DNA of 64,000 nt from an uncultured Bacilli bacterium. GTDB lineage: Bacteria > Bacillota_I > Bacilli_A > RFN20 > CAG-826. Below are positions 37,663 through 47,727 of this stretch, one piece after another (position 1 is the first letter of the stretch; every line of letters starts with the position of its first letter). The position numbers and the translations under genes are program-made. The stretch is taken from NCBI GenBank assembly GCA_934700895.1, contig CAKUXV010000001.1:269289-333288 (forward strand), written 5' to 3'. The notes under the pieces are model-generated. The model saw nothing but the letters and a program-made list of their open reading frames with translations, was not told where the DNA came from and did no database searches.

Positions 37663-38631
37663 TTATTTCTCGATTTGTTTTAGAAGCGCTGCCTCCGTTT
37701 TCGGATATTCTGGCAAGGCTCCGCTTGGTTCTGGAATGCCCCCTTCTGGAAGAGAAGGGAAGTAGACGGTTGTCATCGTTCCCGCACAGGCGCTTCCAAT
37801 TCCGCTAGACAAGGTGGCTTGATATTTTTCTTTGCTTTGGAACCATTTCAATGTTAAGTCGGAAGTGAAGTTCCACCGCAAATGAACATAAGAGAAGTTG
37901 GGAGGAGCCTTAAGGTTTGAAATTGTCTTCATTTGACGGACGTATCGAAGGGTGGAGGTCAAGGGATCGACTTCCATGTCAATCGTATAGGTTCCGTCTT
38001 GGTTTTTCTGGACTTTTGTTAGCCCTTCCCCAGACAAGTTTTCTTTGCTTTCGGTTAGATCGGAAACGATATAAACAAGTCCGTCGCTGACGTTTCGCCC
38101 CATTTCTTCCTTGTAGGTCTTGTTATCCACCTTCACGGGTTTGTTGGATCCGTAATTGGGCGTGGATCCCCAGTATTTGGTGGTTTGATCCCCTTCTTGA
38201 TACATCCGATTATACAAAGCGACGAAAGAAGAGGAGGAATTGGATTCTTCAAAATAACGGTCTCCGTCGCGCATCTGGGTGGATTCGATTCGCTGATCAA
38301 CCAAACCCATCGCGTTAGAAGAACCAACGGACACGGAATAGGAAGTTTCTTTTTGGGCATAAATCCCATAGGCGGCATTGACGATTTCGTAGGGCGCCAT
38401 CTTGGCGAAAAAATCACCGCCCGACTTTTTGACCTTTTGATATTTGGCCATGATCGCGTCCATGTCGGCTTCATATTTAGATGCGTCGCCGTCTGTGATG
38501 GATAAAACGGGTTTTAACGTATCGTGGAGTTTTAGCCCTGCCACTAAACCAAGGAAGCAAGAAAGAAGAACCATGGTCGGCGCCCGAAAGCACTTGGGGT
38601 CAAAACGTTGGGCTTCTTGAACTTGTTCCAT
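37663..38631 (-). CDS. Exported protein (322 aa) of unknown function, co-oriented with and 23 nt upstream of the 1251-aa gene.
   Basis: N-terminal signal or anchor (MVLLSCFLGLVAGL). No recognisable motif. Confidence 0.55.
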   Translation of the reverse strand: MEQVQEAQRFDPKCFRAPTMVLLSCFLGLVAGLKLHDTLKPVLSITDGDASKYEADMDAIMAKYQKVKKSGGDFFAKMAPYEIVNAAYGIYAQKETSYSVSVGSSNAMGLVDQRIESTQMRDGDRYFEESNSSSSFVALYNRMYQEGDQTTKYWGSTPNYGSNKPVKVDNKTYKEEMGRNVSDGLVYIVSDLTESKENLSGEGLTKVQKNQDGTYTIDMEVDPLTSTLRYVRQMKTISNLKAPPNFSYVHLRWNFTSDLTLKWFQSKEKYQATLSSGIGSACAGTMTTVYFPSLPEGGIPEPSGALPEYPKTEAALLKQIEK

Positions 38632-38701
38632 ACTTTTTTACCATTACCATTTTAGAAAGGGCAAAGCCAAAGTCACTCTACTTCGTATGCGTATACGTGA
38701 G

Positions 38702-38727
38702 AAAAAGACTCTCCGAATGGGAGAGTC
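38702..38727 (-). terminator. Rho-independent terminator of the methyltransferase / iron ABC operon.
   Basis: On the minus strand: GACTCTCC-cattc-GGAGAGTC followed by TTTTT. Same stem as the terminator at 32806-32834. Confidence 0.55.
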
Positions 38728-38755
38728 CAAATTGAAAGGGTACGTGGATGCGTTT

Positions 38756-39337
38756 TCAGGCCTTTTCGCCTAATAAGAGAAAGAGGTGTTCGTCTTCTTT
38801 TGCATCTAAAATTTTGAAGTTTTGACCCCATTTTCGCCCTTCTTCGACCGCGGAATCGAGGTCGCGAGAATAGGGGTGGGCCTTTCCGACGTGGGCGGCC
38901 ATGAGTTCAAAACGGGACAGATTATGAAGAACGAGCAGGTGCCCCTTTGGCTTTAAAACGCGATGGGCTTGTTGAACGAAACCCTCGACGTCTAAAAAAT
39001 GGGGGTAAGCGTTGAAGACCACAATCCAATCGAATCCTTCGCCTTCAAAATGCAGGAAGTCTCCGGATTCAAAATGAAGATGCGGGTTATCCTGATATTT
39101 TTCTTTCGCTTTTTCAATCATCTTGGGGGACAAGTCTAATCCCAAAACGTCACATTCCGTCTTTTCGTAGAGGTATGGGGTGAGGATTCCCGTCCCGCAG
39201 GCAAGATCAAGAACCTTGTCCCTTTTTTGGATGGGGATATCTTTTAGAAGCAGACGCAAAGAAGAGGCGGTCGCCCTTTCTTTGTCGTCCCAAGAAGAAC
39301 TTTGGATATCAAAAAATTCCTGCATGGAGGAGATCAT
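38756..39337 (-). CDS. Class I SAM-dependent methyltransferase.
   Basis: Motif I VLDLACGTGILT. Confidence 0.7.
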   Translation of the reverse strand: MISSMQEFFDIQSSSWDDKERATASSLRLLLKDIPIQKRDKVLDLACGTGILTPYLYEKTECDVLGLDLSPKMIEKAKEKYQDNPHLHFESGDFLHFEGEGFDWIVVFNAYPHFLDVEGFVQQAHRVLKPKGHLLVLHNLSRFELMAAHVGKAHPYSRDLDSAVEEGRKWGQNFKILDAKEDEHLFLLLGEKA

Positions 39338-40551
39338 TGAGCTTTCTCCGTCAAGAATGCGCGAAGGTCGGAAATCTTTTGGTATCCGCCGTATTGGCCA
39401 TTCATCGCGGCGAGCTCGGCATAAATTTTCTTGCCGGTGAAGACTTCCAAAATCTCGTCGGCTTTTGCGGTGATATCAAATCCGGCAAAAGCGGCAGGAT
39501 AAACGCTAGAGGCGACGAAATAGGTGTTGATTAGATGGATTTCGATGTTTTGGTAGTAGGCGTTATAAGGAAGTTGAAGATAGACTTCGCCATTTTCCAC
39601 GGCCTTCACTCCATCAAAGATGGTTTTGTCTTCTTTGAATAATCCAATGGTTTTGGCCATGCCCGCGGCATCTAAAATCATGACGTCGATATTGCCGCTC
39701 ACAGCGGCAAATTTTTCTTTTTCAATGCTTTGGACCCCCGAAGCCGCAAGCCCTTGGTCTGCTAAAACGTTGGTGATTCCTGCCACGGCGAAAGAGGGGT
39801 CGGTTGGGTTGGTGGATAGATAGTCTTTTTGGCCCCAGTTGCCGACTCCACCCAGATAGACTTTTGGCTTTTCGGTCACGTTTTCCACGTGTTTGGAGAT
39901 ATCTTCTTTCGCGGTTTTGATGCAATTCAAAATTACTTGGCTCCGATCTTCTTTGCCAAGCAATTTTCCTAGGTTAGTTAAGGTTGCGGCAAAAGTATCG
40001 TCAAAAGCGCCTTTTTGGCCATATTTAACGGTAAAGACTTTGGCGCCGCTTTTCTTTTCCATTTGATCCGCTTGTTCGTTGGTTTCGTAGTCGCTGATGA
40101 TTAAATCGGGGGCGCAGGTAACAATCTTTTCAAGCTCCGGTTTCTGATGCATGGGCCCGCCTTCGCCACAGGTCGGCAAATCGGCCCATTCGCTTGCGTT
40201 GGCGTCAAAATAAGGGCGAGCAACGCCACTAAAGGGAGCGGAAGCACCGCGCTTTGAAAGGTTATCGATATCTTCGATGCCCACTAAACGCCCCTTGCCG
40301 CTTTCTAAATAGGAATAATAACGGAGGGCGCCGGCTCCGACACAAATGATTTTCTGGATGGAAGCGGGGTCAACGGTCACTTTCCTCCCAATGCCATCCG
40401 TCACTTCGACTGGCTTGACGATAGGGGTGGATTCGGAAGTCGATGGTTCGGTTTTGGACGGCTCCGTTTTCGAATTGTTGGGGTTGTCTCCGTTTCCGCA
40501 GGAGGCCAATAAGGCTGCGGAAAGGAGGAACAAGGTGGATGGTTTTTTCAT
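39334..40551 (-). CDS. ABC-transporter substrate-binding lipoprotein (iron-siderophore / cobalamin class; FecB/TroA-like).
   Basis: Lipobox LLASCGNG followed by a Ser/Pro tether. Sits next to a FecCD-type permease and ATPase. Confidence 0.7.
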   Translation of the reverse strand: MKKPSTLFLLSAALLASCGNGDNPNNSKTEPSKTEPSTSESTPIVKPVEVTDGIGRKVTVDPASIQKIICVGAGALRYYSYLESGKGRLVGIEDIDNLSKRGASAPFSGVARPYFDANASEWADLPTCGEGGPMHQKPELEKIVTCAPDLIISDYETNEQADQMEKKSGAKVFTVKYGQKGAFDDTFAATLTNLGKLLGKEDRSQVILNCIKTAKEDISKHVENVTEKPKVYLGGVGNWGQKDYLSTNPTDPSFAVAGITNVLADQGLAASGVQSIEKEKFAAVSGNIDVMILDAAGMAKTIGLFKEDKTIFDGVKAVENGEVYLQLPYNAYYQNIEIHLINTYFVASSVYPAAFAGFDITAKADEILEVFTGKKIYAELAAMNGQYGGYQKISDLRAFLTEKAQ

Positions 40552-41318
40552 GGATTTCTCCCTTTCTTATTTTGAAATTCAATATAGGTTCCGCCTTCTT
40601 TTTGAATAAAGGCGGCATCTGCCTCGTAAATGTCGGAGAGGATTTTTTCATTCAAATCCTTTTTGGCGACGTCATAAGCAAGATGAGTTTCCTTTAGAAA
40701 CAGGAAACGATCAGCGACGGAATAGGCTTCGTTGATATCATGAAGACACAAAAGGACGCAGGTGCCGGAATTGGCAATCTCTCTCACTTTTTGTAAGAAT
40801 TCGAGTCGGGCTTTCACGTCCAAGGAAGCGGTTGGCTCGTCCAAAAGAAGGACTTGAGGCTTTCCCACCATGGCTCTAGCAATGCCGACTCGCTGCTTTT
40901 CTCCGCCACTAAGCTCATCAACGTTACGGTCTCGATATTCGGCGATCCCCATTTCAAATAGAGTTTGGACGACGGCTTCTTTGTCCAAAGGGGAAGGACT
41001 CCAAGAAAAATAAGGGAGGCGCCCTAAAAGCAAATAGTCAAAAACGGTTAGCCCCCCACCTTCAAAGGATTGGGTAAGAGTGGCTATTTTTTGAGCACGC
41101 GCCTTGGGGGACATCTCCTTCAATGCTTTTCCTTCTAAAATGATTTCCCCTTCTTTAGGCTTTTTAATACCGGAAAGAAGATGAAACAAAGTGCTTTTCC
41201 CTGCCCCGTTTTGTCCTAATAAAGCATTGACGGTCCCAGGCTCAAGCGAAAAGGAAACGTTTTGAAGAATCGCTTTTTTGCCGTAAAAGAAGGAGAGGCC
41301 CTTTGCTTCTAAACTCAT
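40548..41318 (-). CDS. ABC-transporter ATP-binding protein (FepC/FecE-like).
   Basis: Walker A GQNGAGKST. Signature LSGGEKQR. Walker B LLLDEP. Confidence 0.85.
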   Translation of the reverse strand: MSLEAKGLSFFYGKKAILQNVSFSLEPGTVNALLGQNGAGKSTLFHLLSGIKKPKEGEIILEGKALKEMSPKARAQKIATLTQSFEGGGLTVFDYLLLGRLPYFSWSPSPLDKEAVVQTLFEMGIAEYRDRNVDELSGGEKQRVGIARAMVGKPQVLLLDEPTASLDVKARLEFLQKVREIANSGTCVLLCLHDINEAYSVADRFLFLKETHLAYDVAKKDLNEKILSDIYEADAAFIQKEGGTYIEFQNKKGRNP

Positions 41319-42388
41319 AGGGCTTTCTCCTTTTTCGAGAAGAGCAAGAAAAGGAAGAATGGGGCGCCAATCAAGGCTGTGATGGCCCCTACGGGAAGAG
41401 AAGTTCCTCTGCCAATCAAACGAGTGAGGATGTCACAAACTAGAAGCAGCCCTGCTCCGCCTAAAAAAGATGCGGGCAGCAACAAACGCATGTCGTTGCC
41501 TACAAACCTCTTCAAAATATGCGGAGCCATGATGCCGATAAATCCGATGATGCCACAAAAGCAAACGCAAACCGCGGTTAATAAGGAGGATAAAAACAGA
41601 AGAATGAAACGAACCACCGAGGTCTTTACCCCTAGGCTTTTGGCCAAATCCTCTCCCCCTTGCATCGCATTAAGCGGGTAAGAGAAAAAGAAAGCAATGA
41701 TTAAACAAGATAGGGCAATCCCTCCGATAATCCCGTTTTGAGCAAAATCTAGCCGCTCCAAATCACCAAAGGTCCAATTGGTTACGCTGGAAAGCTGAAC
41801 GTCGTCGGCGAAAAACTGAAGCAAGGTGGTAAGAGCCTGAAATAAAGAAGAAAAGGAAACCCCAATCAGCAAAACGCTGGTCGGTTTAAAATGGGCAAAA
41901 GCAGAGAAGGCCATGACCAAAAAAAGGCATAATGCCGAGAATAACAAAGCGAATGTGCTTGTTACCCAGGGGCTTTGGGAAACGTAGAGGAAATCGTTGC
42001 GGCCACTATGGGTGGTGCCAAAAGCAATGAAAATCGCAATATTCGCACCAAAACTTGCCGCATTGGAAACACCTAACGTGGAAGGAGAGGCGAGGCCGTT
42101 TCGAAGGCATGACTGCATGAGCAAGCCACTTAACGCCAATCCTGCCCCGACAACAATGGCTCCCAAGGTTCGAGGGAGACGAATTCCTCGTACGATGCGA
42201 ATCGTTCCCGCTTCGCCATTGCCAAACAGGGCTTTCCAAGAAGAGAAAAAACCGATTCCGGAAGACCCGATGCCCAGGGAAATAAAAAAGAGAACAACAA
42301 GGATCAACAAAGCGATAAGAAGAGCAAATAGTTTTTTGCTTTGGCTCTTTCGCCTTTCTCGCACGATGTTGTTCGTCCACGTATCCAT
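41315..42388 (-). CDS. FecCD-family ABC permease.
   Basis: About 9 TM helices. Overlaps the ATPase start. Confidence 0.8.
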   Translation of the reverse strand: MDTWTNNIVRERRKSQSKKLFALLIALLILVVLFFISLGIGSSGIGFFSSWKALFGNGEAGTIRIVRGIRLPRTLGAIVVGAGLALSGLLMQSCLRNGLASPSTLGVSNAASFGANIAIFIAFGTTHSGRNDFLYVSQSPWVTSTFALLFSALCLFLVMAFSAFAHFKPTSVLLIGVSFSSLFQALTTLLQFFADDVQLSSVTNWTFGDLERLDFAQNGIIGGIALSCLIIAFFFSYPLNAMQGGEDLAKSLGVKTSVVRFILLFLSSLLTAVCVCFCGIIGFIGIMAPHILKRFVGNDMRLLLPASFLGGAGLLLVCDILTRLIGRGTSLPVGAITALIGAPFFLFLLFSKKEKAL

Positions 42389-42417
42389 GCGGAGTATCTT
42401 ATCATAAAAACAAAGAA

Positions 42418-42447
42418 ACAGAACAAAACTTAATAAATAGTTCTGTA
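42418..42447. promoter_or_regulatory. Inverted repeat ACAGAAC-N16-GTTCTGT in the divergent promoter region. Candidate TetR operator.
   Basis: 7-bp perfect arms located between the fec operon start and the TetR gene. Confidence 0.3.
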
Positions 42448-42517
42448 AAAAGAAAACAAATATAAGAAAAGTGTTCGCTTAATTGAAATATATCGAACTC
42501 TTGTTTAGAATAATGGC

Positions 42518-43075
42518 ATGGATAAACGAGAAGAGAAGACCTTAAACGCGGTTTATGAGGCGTTGCGCCTCGAACTTGGAAACAAGGAATACCAAGATAT
42601 TTCGGTGTCGGACTTGCTAACGACCGCCCATATTTCCCGCTCGACTTTCTATAGTCATTTCAAAAGCAAAGAAGATGTTTTGCTGGGTGTTTGCTCCACG
42701 ATTTTTGACCATGTCTTTTCCCCGTCTCAGCAAAAAGAAGCGGATCACGATTTTTCGGGGTCCTCCCATTTCGATTACCGTCATCTCATCACTCATATCT
42801 TCTATCATTTCTATGATGAGAAGAGTTTGATATCGGCGATTTTATCTTCTCAGTCTGGCGCTCCGATTTTCTTGGAGAATCTCAAGGAACGTTCTCTCCC
42901 TTTGATGTCGGCCTGCGTCAAATCCCATACCTTTTATAAACCGGGTATTCCCGAAGAGATGCAAACGCACCAATTAACGGAGAGTTTTGTGTCTTTGCTC
43001 CGTTATTGGGTGAGTGGAGGCTGCGTCTTGACCCCGGAAGAAATGACGGATTATTTCAGTCGGCTTTACGCTTAA
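42518..43075 (+). CDS. TetR-family transcriptional regulator.
   Basis: N-terminal HTH ISVSDLLTTAHISRSTFYSHF. Confidence 0.75.
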   Translation: MDKREEKTLNAVYEALRLELGNKEYQDISVSDLLTTAHISRSTFYSHFKSKEDVLLGVCSTIFDHVFSPSQQKEADHDFSGSSHFDYRHLITHIFYHFYDEKSLISAILSSQSGAPIFLENLKERSLPLMSACVKSHTFYKPGIPEEMQTHQLTESFVSLLRYWVSGGCVLTPEEMTDYFSRLYA

Positions 43076-43293
43076 AGATATTTTTTGAAGCAAAGCTTAA
43101 ACTCCCATCTTTAATTTTTGGATAAATTTATACCTATTTTTAAGCGCAACTATTTAAAAAGAAACAGTTACGCGAAATTATTGGTATGGAAAAGAGGATT
43201 CCCGTTCAGTGAAACGCTTTCGAAAAAATGCTAATCCCATACCTTTTGTGATTAAAACCCTCTAATATATGAAGGAATAAAAGGAGATTAATC

Positions 43294-43968
43294 ATGGGCG
43301 ATGTTCGCGTGATTCGGGTCAAGCAATCTGTTTTGGCCAACAATGACCGGAGGGCAGAAGAACTCCGCAAAGAATTAAAGGAGAAAGGAGTGTTCCTCAT
43401 CAATTTGATGTCGAGCCCGGGATCGGGAAAAACCACCCTTCTGGTTAACCTTATTAATAAGTTAAAGGAAAAACTCCGTGTTGGCGTTATCGAAGCGGAC
43501 ATGGATGCGACGGTAGACGCAGAAACCATCGAAGCCAAAACGGGCGTGAAAACCATCCAACTTCATACTTCCGGAGAATGCCACCTCGATGCCAAGATGA
43601 CCCAAGAAGGGTTTGAAAGCCTCGGTGGAGATGGACTAGACCTCGTCATTCTAGAAAATATTGGCAACCTCGTTTGCCCCGCCGAATTCGATACGGGAGC
43701 TACTCTCAAGATGGTTTTGCTTTCCATCCCCGAAGGCGATGATAAGCCGTTGAAATATCCGCTTATGTTCACGAAGGGCGATGTCTTTGTTTTCACGAAG
43801 ATGGATACGAAAATCGTTTTCGACTTTGATGTGGAGAAAGCGAAAGAAAGAATTTTACGTTTGCAGAAGAACGCCGTTTTCTTCCCCGTTTCCGCCAAAA
43901 AAGACGAAGGCGTGCAAGAACTCGCCGATTATTTGATCGAGCAGGTGAAAGCCTATCAAAAAAACTAA
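43294..43968 (+). CDS. hypB: HypB-like G3E-family metallochaperone GTPase.
   Basis: P-loop SSPGSGKTTL. ENIGNLVCPAEFD and EGDDKPLKYPLMF are close to HypB hallmarks. AAGGAG ribosome-binding site. Confidence 0.8.
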   Translation: MGDVRVIRVKQSVLANNDRRAEELRKELKEKGVFLINLMSSPGSGKTTLLVNLINKLKEKLRVGVIEADMDATVDAETIEAKTGVKTIQLHTSGECHLDAKMTQEGFESLGGDGLDLVILENIGNLVCPAEFDTGATLKMVLLSIPEGDDKPLKYPLMFTKGDVFVFTKMDTKIVFDFDVEKAKERILRLQKNAVFFPVSAKKDEGVQELADYLIEQVKAYQKN

Positions 43969-44197
43969 CATTTCATCGGCAATTTTTTAGTCAATAGACG
44001 TTACGATTATTTTTGTTTCAAAAACGACCCCTCTAGGCTTATTGAAAGACCCTGAGGAAAAGAGTTTCCATAAACATACGATTATGCGTTAATTTTCGTT
44101 ATTTTCGCCTAGAAGGGTATCTTTTTTCGGTTTTTCGGGGTATAATGAACAGGATATTGATAGCTGTTGGTTAATAAAAAAGGAGGAACGTCCCAGA

Positions 44198-44689
44198 ATG
44201 GAAATCGGAATCGGTGATTACGTCTTTCACACCCATTGTGGTGTTTGCCGCGTGGAGGAAATAGCCCCCCTAAGCGGTGACGATTCAGGCATGCTCTATT
44301 TTGTTCTTCGTCCTTTGTATGGCGACGAGAAATCCACGATCGTTCGCGTCCCTTTGTCTCGCTCGGATTCTCTTGCGGCTCCGATGAGCAAAGAAGAGGC
44401 CCTTCAAGCAATCAAAGAATGGCCCTCGACCCGCACCTATATTTACGTCAGCGATTCCAAGGTTCGGAAATCCGCTTATGAAGCTTCGCTAAAAAGCGGC
44501 CTCGTGAAGGATTTGGCCCCCTTGCTAGAAGGGGCATTCCAACGGAAACTCAAGGATGGACACCTCAATTCCATGGACTCCCAATTCGTGGCTAAGGCTA
44601 CCCCCATCGTATATGGGGAACTCGCGTTTGGATTAGGAATCGATTACGAAGACGTTCCGGAATTTATTCGGGCCAACGTCAAAGCCTAA
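44198..44689 (+). CDS. CarD/CdnL-family RNA-polymerase-binding transcription factor.
   Basis: N-terminal IGDYVFHTHCGVCRVEEI...LYFVLRP matches the CarD_CdnL_TRCF fold. About 160 aa. Confidence 0.6.
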   Translation: MEIGIGDYVFHTHCGVCRVEEIAPLSGDDSGMLYFVLRPLYGDEKSTIVRVPLSRSDSLAAPMSKEEALQAIKEWPSTRTYIYVSDSKVRKSAYEASLKSGLVKDLAPLLEGAFQRKLKDGHLNSMDSQFVAKATPIVYGELAFGLGIDYEDVPEFIRANVKA

Positions 44690-44750
44690 GTTTCTTGCTA
44701 AGTAAAAAACCGGACCCCAACGCGGGCCCAGTTTTCATAAAGGCTTAAAA

Positions 44751-45887
44751 TTATTTGGCTTCCCCGACGCAATAATCGAGCAAGGCGTTAAGCAAGGGCT
44801 TTACGTATTCTTCTAATCCCTCGTGGTTATTGGACGTCTCTACTCCCACGAGGTTTTTCTTTTCGACCTTATTCAAGTAGGAGAAGATCTCCAAATTGTC
44901 CCGGCTTCCATCAAAATAACTTTCCGTGACCTTGCCGTCTTGGATTGTTTCGTTAAAGAAGACCCCGCTCGCGTCGATGACGTCTCCGGTTTTACTGACC
45001 CCATCGGGATTGACGTGGAAGATTGTTGGGAATACGCCTTGGCTATAACCCGCGGGATTGTAAGAAGAATAGGCGAGTCCATATTCGACCTTGAAGGCGT
45101 TATATTGTTCCGCCGCGGCCTTGCCATATTCGCTATCTTCGTCCCGATAATGGACTTGACCATCTTCATCCACGATCGAAGCGATTCCCGGGGCATCGCA
45201 ATCGATGATGTAACTATCCTGCACCCCGGTTAAATGGGACTCGTACCAGGAGGAATAAAGGCCGCGCTGCAAATAGGAACAATCCCCACAACGCTGACGG
45301 GAGAAATAGATCGTGAATTCCTGGCTCCCCGCATATAAGGAATCCAATTGTTCCTTGTTCACAAAGAAGACGCGGGGGAGTTCGATTCGGTTGAGCATCC
45401 ACGTCTTAAAAACCTCGTAAGAAGTATAGAAAGGAGAGACTTCATCCGCGTCATTATTCTGGGCGACGAGCCCCCCGTCTTTAAAGATTCCAATGGTCGC
45501 TTTCTCCACTCCGAGGCTAAGGCCCAAAGAGGAGGTGAGTTGATCGCTATATATATAGTAAAAGAGGAAGTTGAATTCGCGTTGGAAGGAAACGATGTTT
45601 TGTTCGTGAAATCGGTTCCAGCATCCGCAGGTGGAATGGCTTCCGGTTTCTCCTCTCCCCATGACGATCAAAACGAAATTGTCTTTGCCCGCAATCATTT
45701 TTTGAAGGACGGATTCGTCCTCCAATTTTTTCATATGGGACAAAGAATCCACCTCTTGAGAAACGAATTCTTTCGTTCCAAAAAGCAGGGGTGTTTTTTG
45801 AATTTTTTCTCCCCCGTTTCCCTTGCAAGAAACAAGGCTAAAAACAAGCGATAATCCTAGAAAAGAAATTTGGCTAAATTTGCTCAT
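44751..45887 (-). CDS. Lipoprotein of unknown function.
   Basis: Signal peptide with LVSC lipobox. Internal Cys pairs STCGCW and RCGDCS. Confidence 0.5.
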   Translation of the reverse strand: MSKFSQISFLGLSLVFSLVSCKGNGGEKIQKTPLLFGTKEFVSQEVDSLSHMKKLEDESVLQKMIAGKDNFVLIVMGRGETGSHSTCGCWNRFHEQNIVSFQREFNFLFYYIYSDQLTSSLGLSLGVEKATIGIFKDGGLVAQNNDADEVSPFYTSYEVFKTWMLNRIELPRVFFVNKEQLDSLYAGSQEFTIYFSRQRCGDCSYLQRGLYSSWYESHLTGVQDSYIIDCDAPGIASIVDEDGQVHYRDEDSEYGKAAAEQYNAFKVEYGLAYSSYNPAGYSQGVFPTIFHVNPDGVSKTGDVIDASGVFFNETIQDGKVTESYFDGSRDNLEIFSYLNKVEKKNLVGVETSNNHEGLEEYVKPLLNALLDYCVGEAK

Positions 45888-46169
45888 GATATGTGATTGT
45901 AAACTAGCCGAAAAAAATTGCGATAATTTTTTGCAAAAAAACGTAAAAAATTTTGGAGAAAAAAATCGTTGAAAAGTTTCGATTATGCCGAAGAAAAGCC
46001 TATTTTTATTTTTTTAAAATTTTGCACGAAAAAAATTGCAAAAATTTTTATTGCTTTTTTGGTCCGTTACCCCCATTATTTTCGCCGTTGAAAATCCTAG
46101 CCTTAAGCGCAGGGTCTTCACGCTGTAACATCTTTCTTTTTTGGAACCGAAACTTTGGGAGGGATTCTT

Positions 46170-47726
46170 ATGGGTGATGAACAGGAAACAATCATTAGTT
46201 TGCGGCACGTCTGCAAGGAGTTCGACGGCACGACGGTCGTCGATGACTTTAATTTGGAAGTCAAACGGGGAGAATTCATTACAATTCTCGGTCCGTCCGG
46301 CTGCGGAAAGACCACGACCCTGCGCATGATCGCGGGCTTTGAGCTTCCTAGCTCTGGCCAAATTCTTTTGAATGGCCAAGACATTTCTCTTCTTCCGCCT
46401 TATAAGCGCCCGGTCAACACCGTCTTCCAGCACTACGCGCTTTTCCCACATCTTGACGTTTACGATAACGTGGCTTTTGGCCTCAAGATGAAGAAAATCG
46501 CCGTGCCGCAAGTGGACAAAGCGGGCAAGCCGATCCTTGACGCCAACGGCGTGCAAAAAGTCAAAATGAAGCACCTTTCCGCCAAGACGATCGACGAAAA
46601 GGTTTCTCGCGCTTTGAAACTCGTCGACCTCGAAGAAATGGAAGATCGCGACGTCTCCACCCTTTCCGGTGGCCAGCAGCAGCGCGTTGCCATTGCCCGT
46701 GCCATCGTCAACGAGCCGAAGGTGTTGCTCCTCGATGAGCCGCTTTCTGCCTTGGACCACAAGATGCGCAAAGACATGCAAATCGAATTGAAAGAAATGC
46801 ACCGCAAACTCGGCATCACCTTCTTCTATGTCACCCACGACCAAGAAGAAGCCCTTACGATGTCCGATCGCATCATCGTCATGAAAGATGGCGTCATTCA
46901 ACAATGTGGCACCCCCGAACAAATCTACAACGAACCGGTCAATGCTTTTGTTGCAGACTTCATCGGGGAATCCAACATCTATGCCGGCACGGTTGTCGGC
47001 AACAAGAAAGTCCGTTTCATCGGACAGGTTTGGGACTGCGTCGACGACTTCCCGCTAAATGAGAAAGTCCACGTCGTGGTTCGCCCCGAAGACTTCTTGA
47101 TGGGCGAAAAAGGAGCGGGAGTGGTCGATGGAACCATCACCTCCAAGATTTTCCAAGGCGTCCATTATGAATACATCGTTCACGTCGGCAAATCCGAAAT
47201 CGCCTGCCGGGACACCAAAGATCGCGCGGTCGGTGAAATCGTTTCGCTCCGCGTGGAGAAAGAGAATATCCAAGTCATGCATCGCCCCTATGCGGAAAAC
47301 GAATACGACGACGCTTGGATCGATTCCGATAACAATTTGGTCATCGGTAAGGCCTCGTTCCCGGTCCACGTCGAACAGCTCGTGGAAAAAGGCATCCTCC
47401 AAGAAGACGGAACCGTCTATTCCCCTCTTACCCAGAAGCGTTATAACTTCGCCGCCAACGAAGCGGAAGTCGTCGCGACGATTCCCTTGGATAAAATCAT
47501 CCTCTCTGACGATTTGAGCCTCGGTTCTGCAGAGGGCAGCATCGTGAGCCTCGTCTGGGTTGGCGACCATTATCAGTATTTGGTCCGCACGGAAGATGAA
47601 CAAGACTTCATCGCCGATTCCCCCTATTCCTGGAACGAAAACGATTTGGTATCGATTGACGTGAAGCCGGAAGACATCAAGATTCGCCTCAAAGGCGCTC
47701 TTGATAGCTTCGCCGTGGAGGAGTGA
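46170..47726 (+). CDS. potA: Spermidine/putrescine ABC-transporter ATPase. A long form with an insertion in the ATPase domain and an extended C-terminal regulatory region.
   Basis: Walker [10 protein letters not shown], signature LSGGQQQRV, Walker B LLLDEP. The ATG at 46170 follows GGGAGGG. The TTG at 46155 lies within the ribosome-binding site. Confidence 0.85.
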   Translation: MGDEQETIISLRHVCKEFDGTTVVDDFNLEVKRGEFITILGPSGCGKTTTLRMIAGFELPSSGQILLNGQDISLLPPYKRPVNTVFQHYALFPHLDVYDNVAFGLKMKKIAVPQVDKAGKPILDANGVQKVKMKHLSAKTIDEKVSRALKLVDLEEMEDRDVSTLSGGQQQRVAIARAIVNEPKVLLLDEPLSALDHKMRKDMQIELKEMHRKLGITFFYVTHDQEEALTMSDRIIVMKDGVIQQCGTPEQIYNEPVNAFVADFIGESNIYAGTVVGNKKVRFIGQVWDCVDDFPLNEKVHVVVRPEDFLMGEKGAGVVDGTITSKIFQGVHYEYIVHVGKSEIACRDTKDRAVGEIVSLRVEKENIQVMHRPYAENEYDDAWIDSDNNLVIGKASFPVHVEQLVEKGILQEDGTVYSPLTQKRYNFAANEAEVVATIPLDKIILSDDLSLGSAEGSIVSLVWVGDHYQYLVRTEDEQDFIADSPYSWNENDLVSIDVKPEDIKIRLKGALDSFAVEE

Positions 47727-47727
47727 A

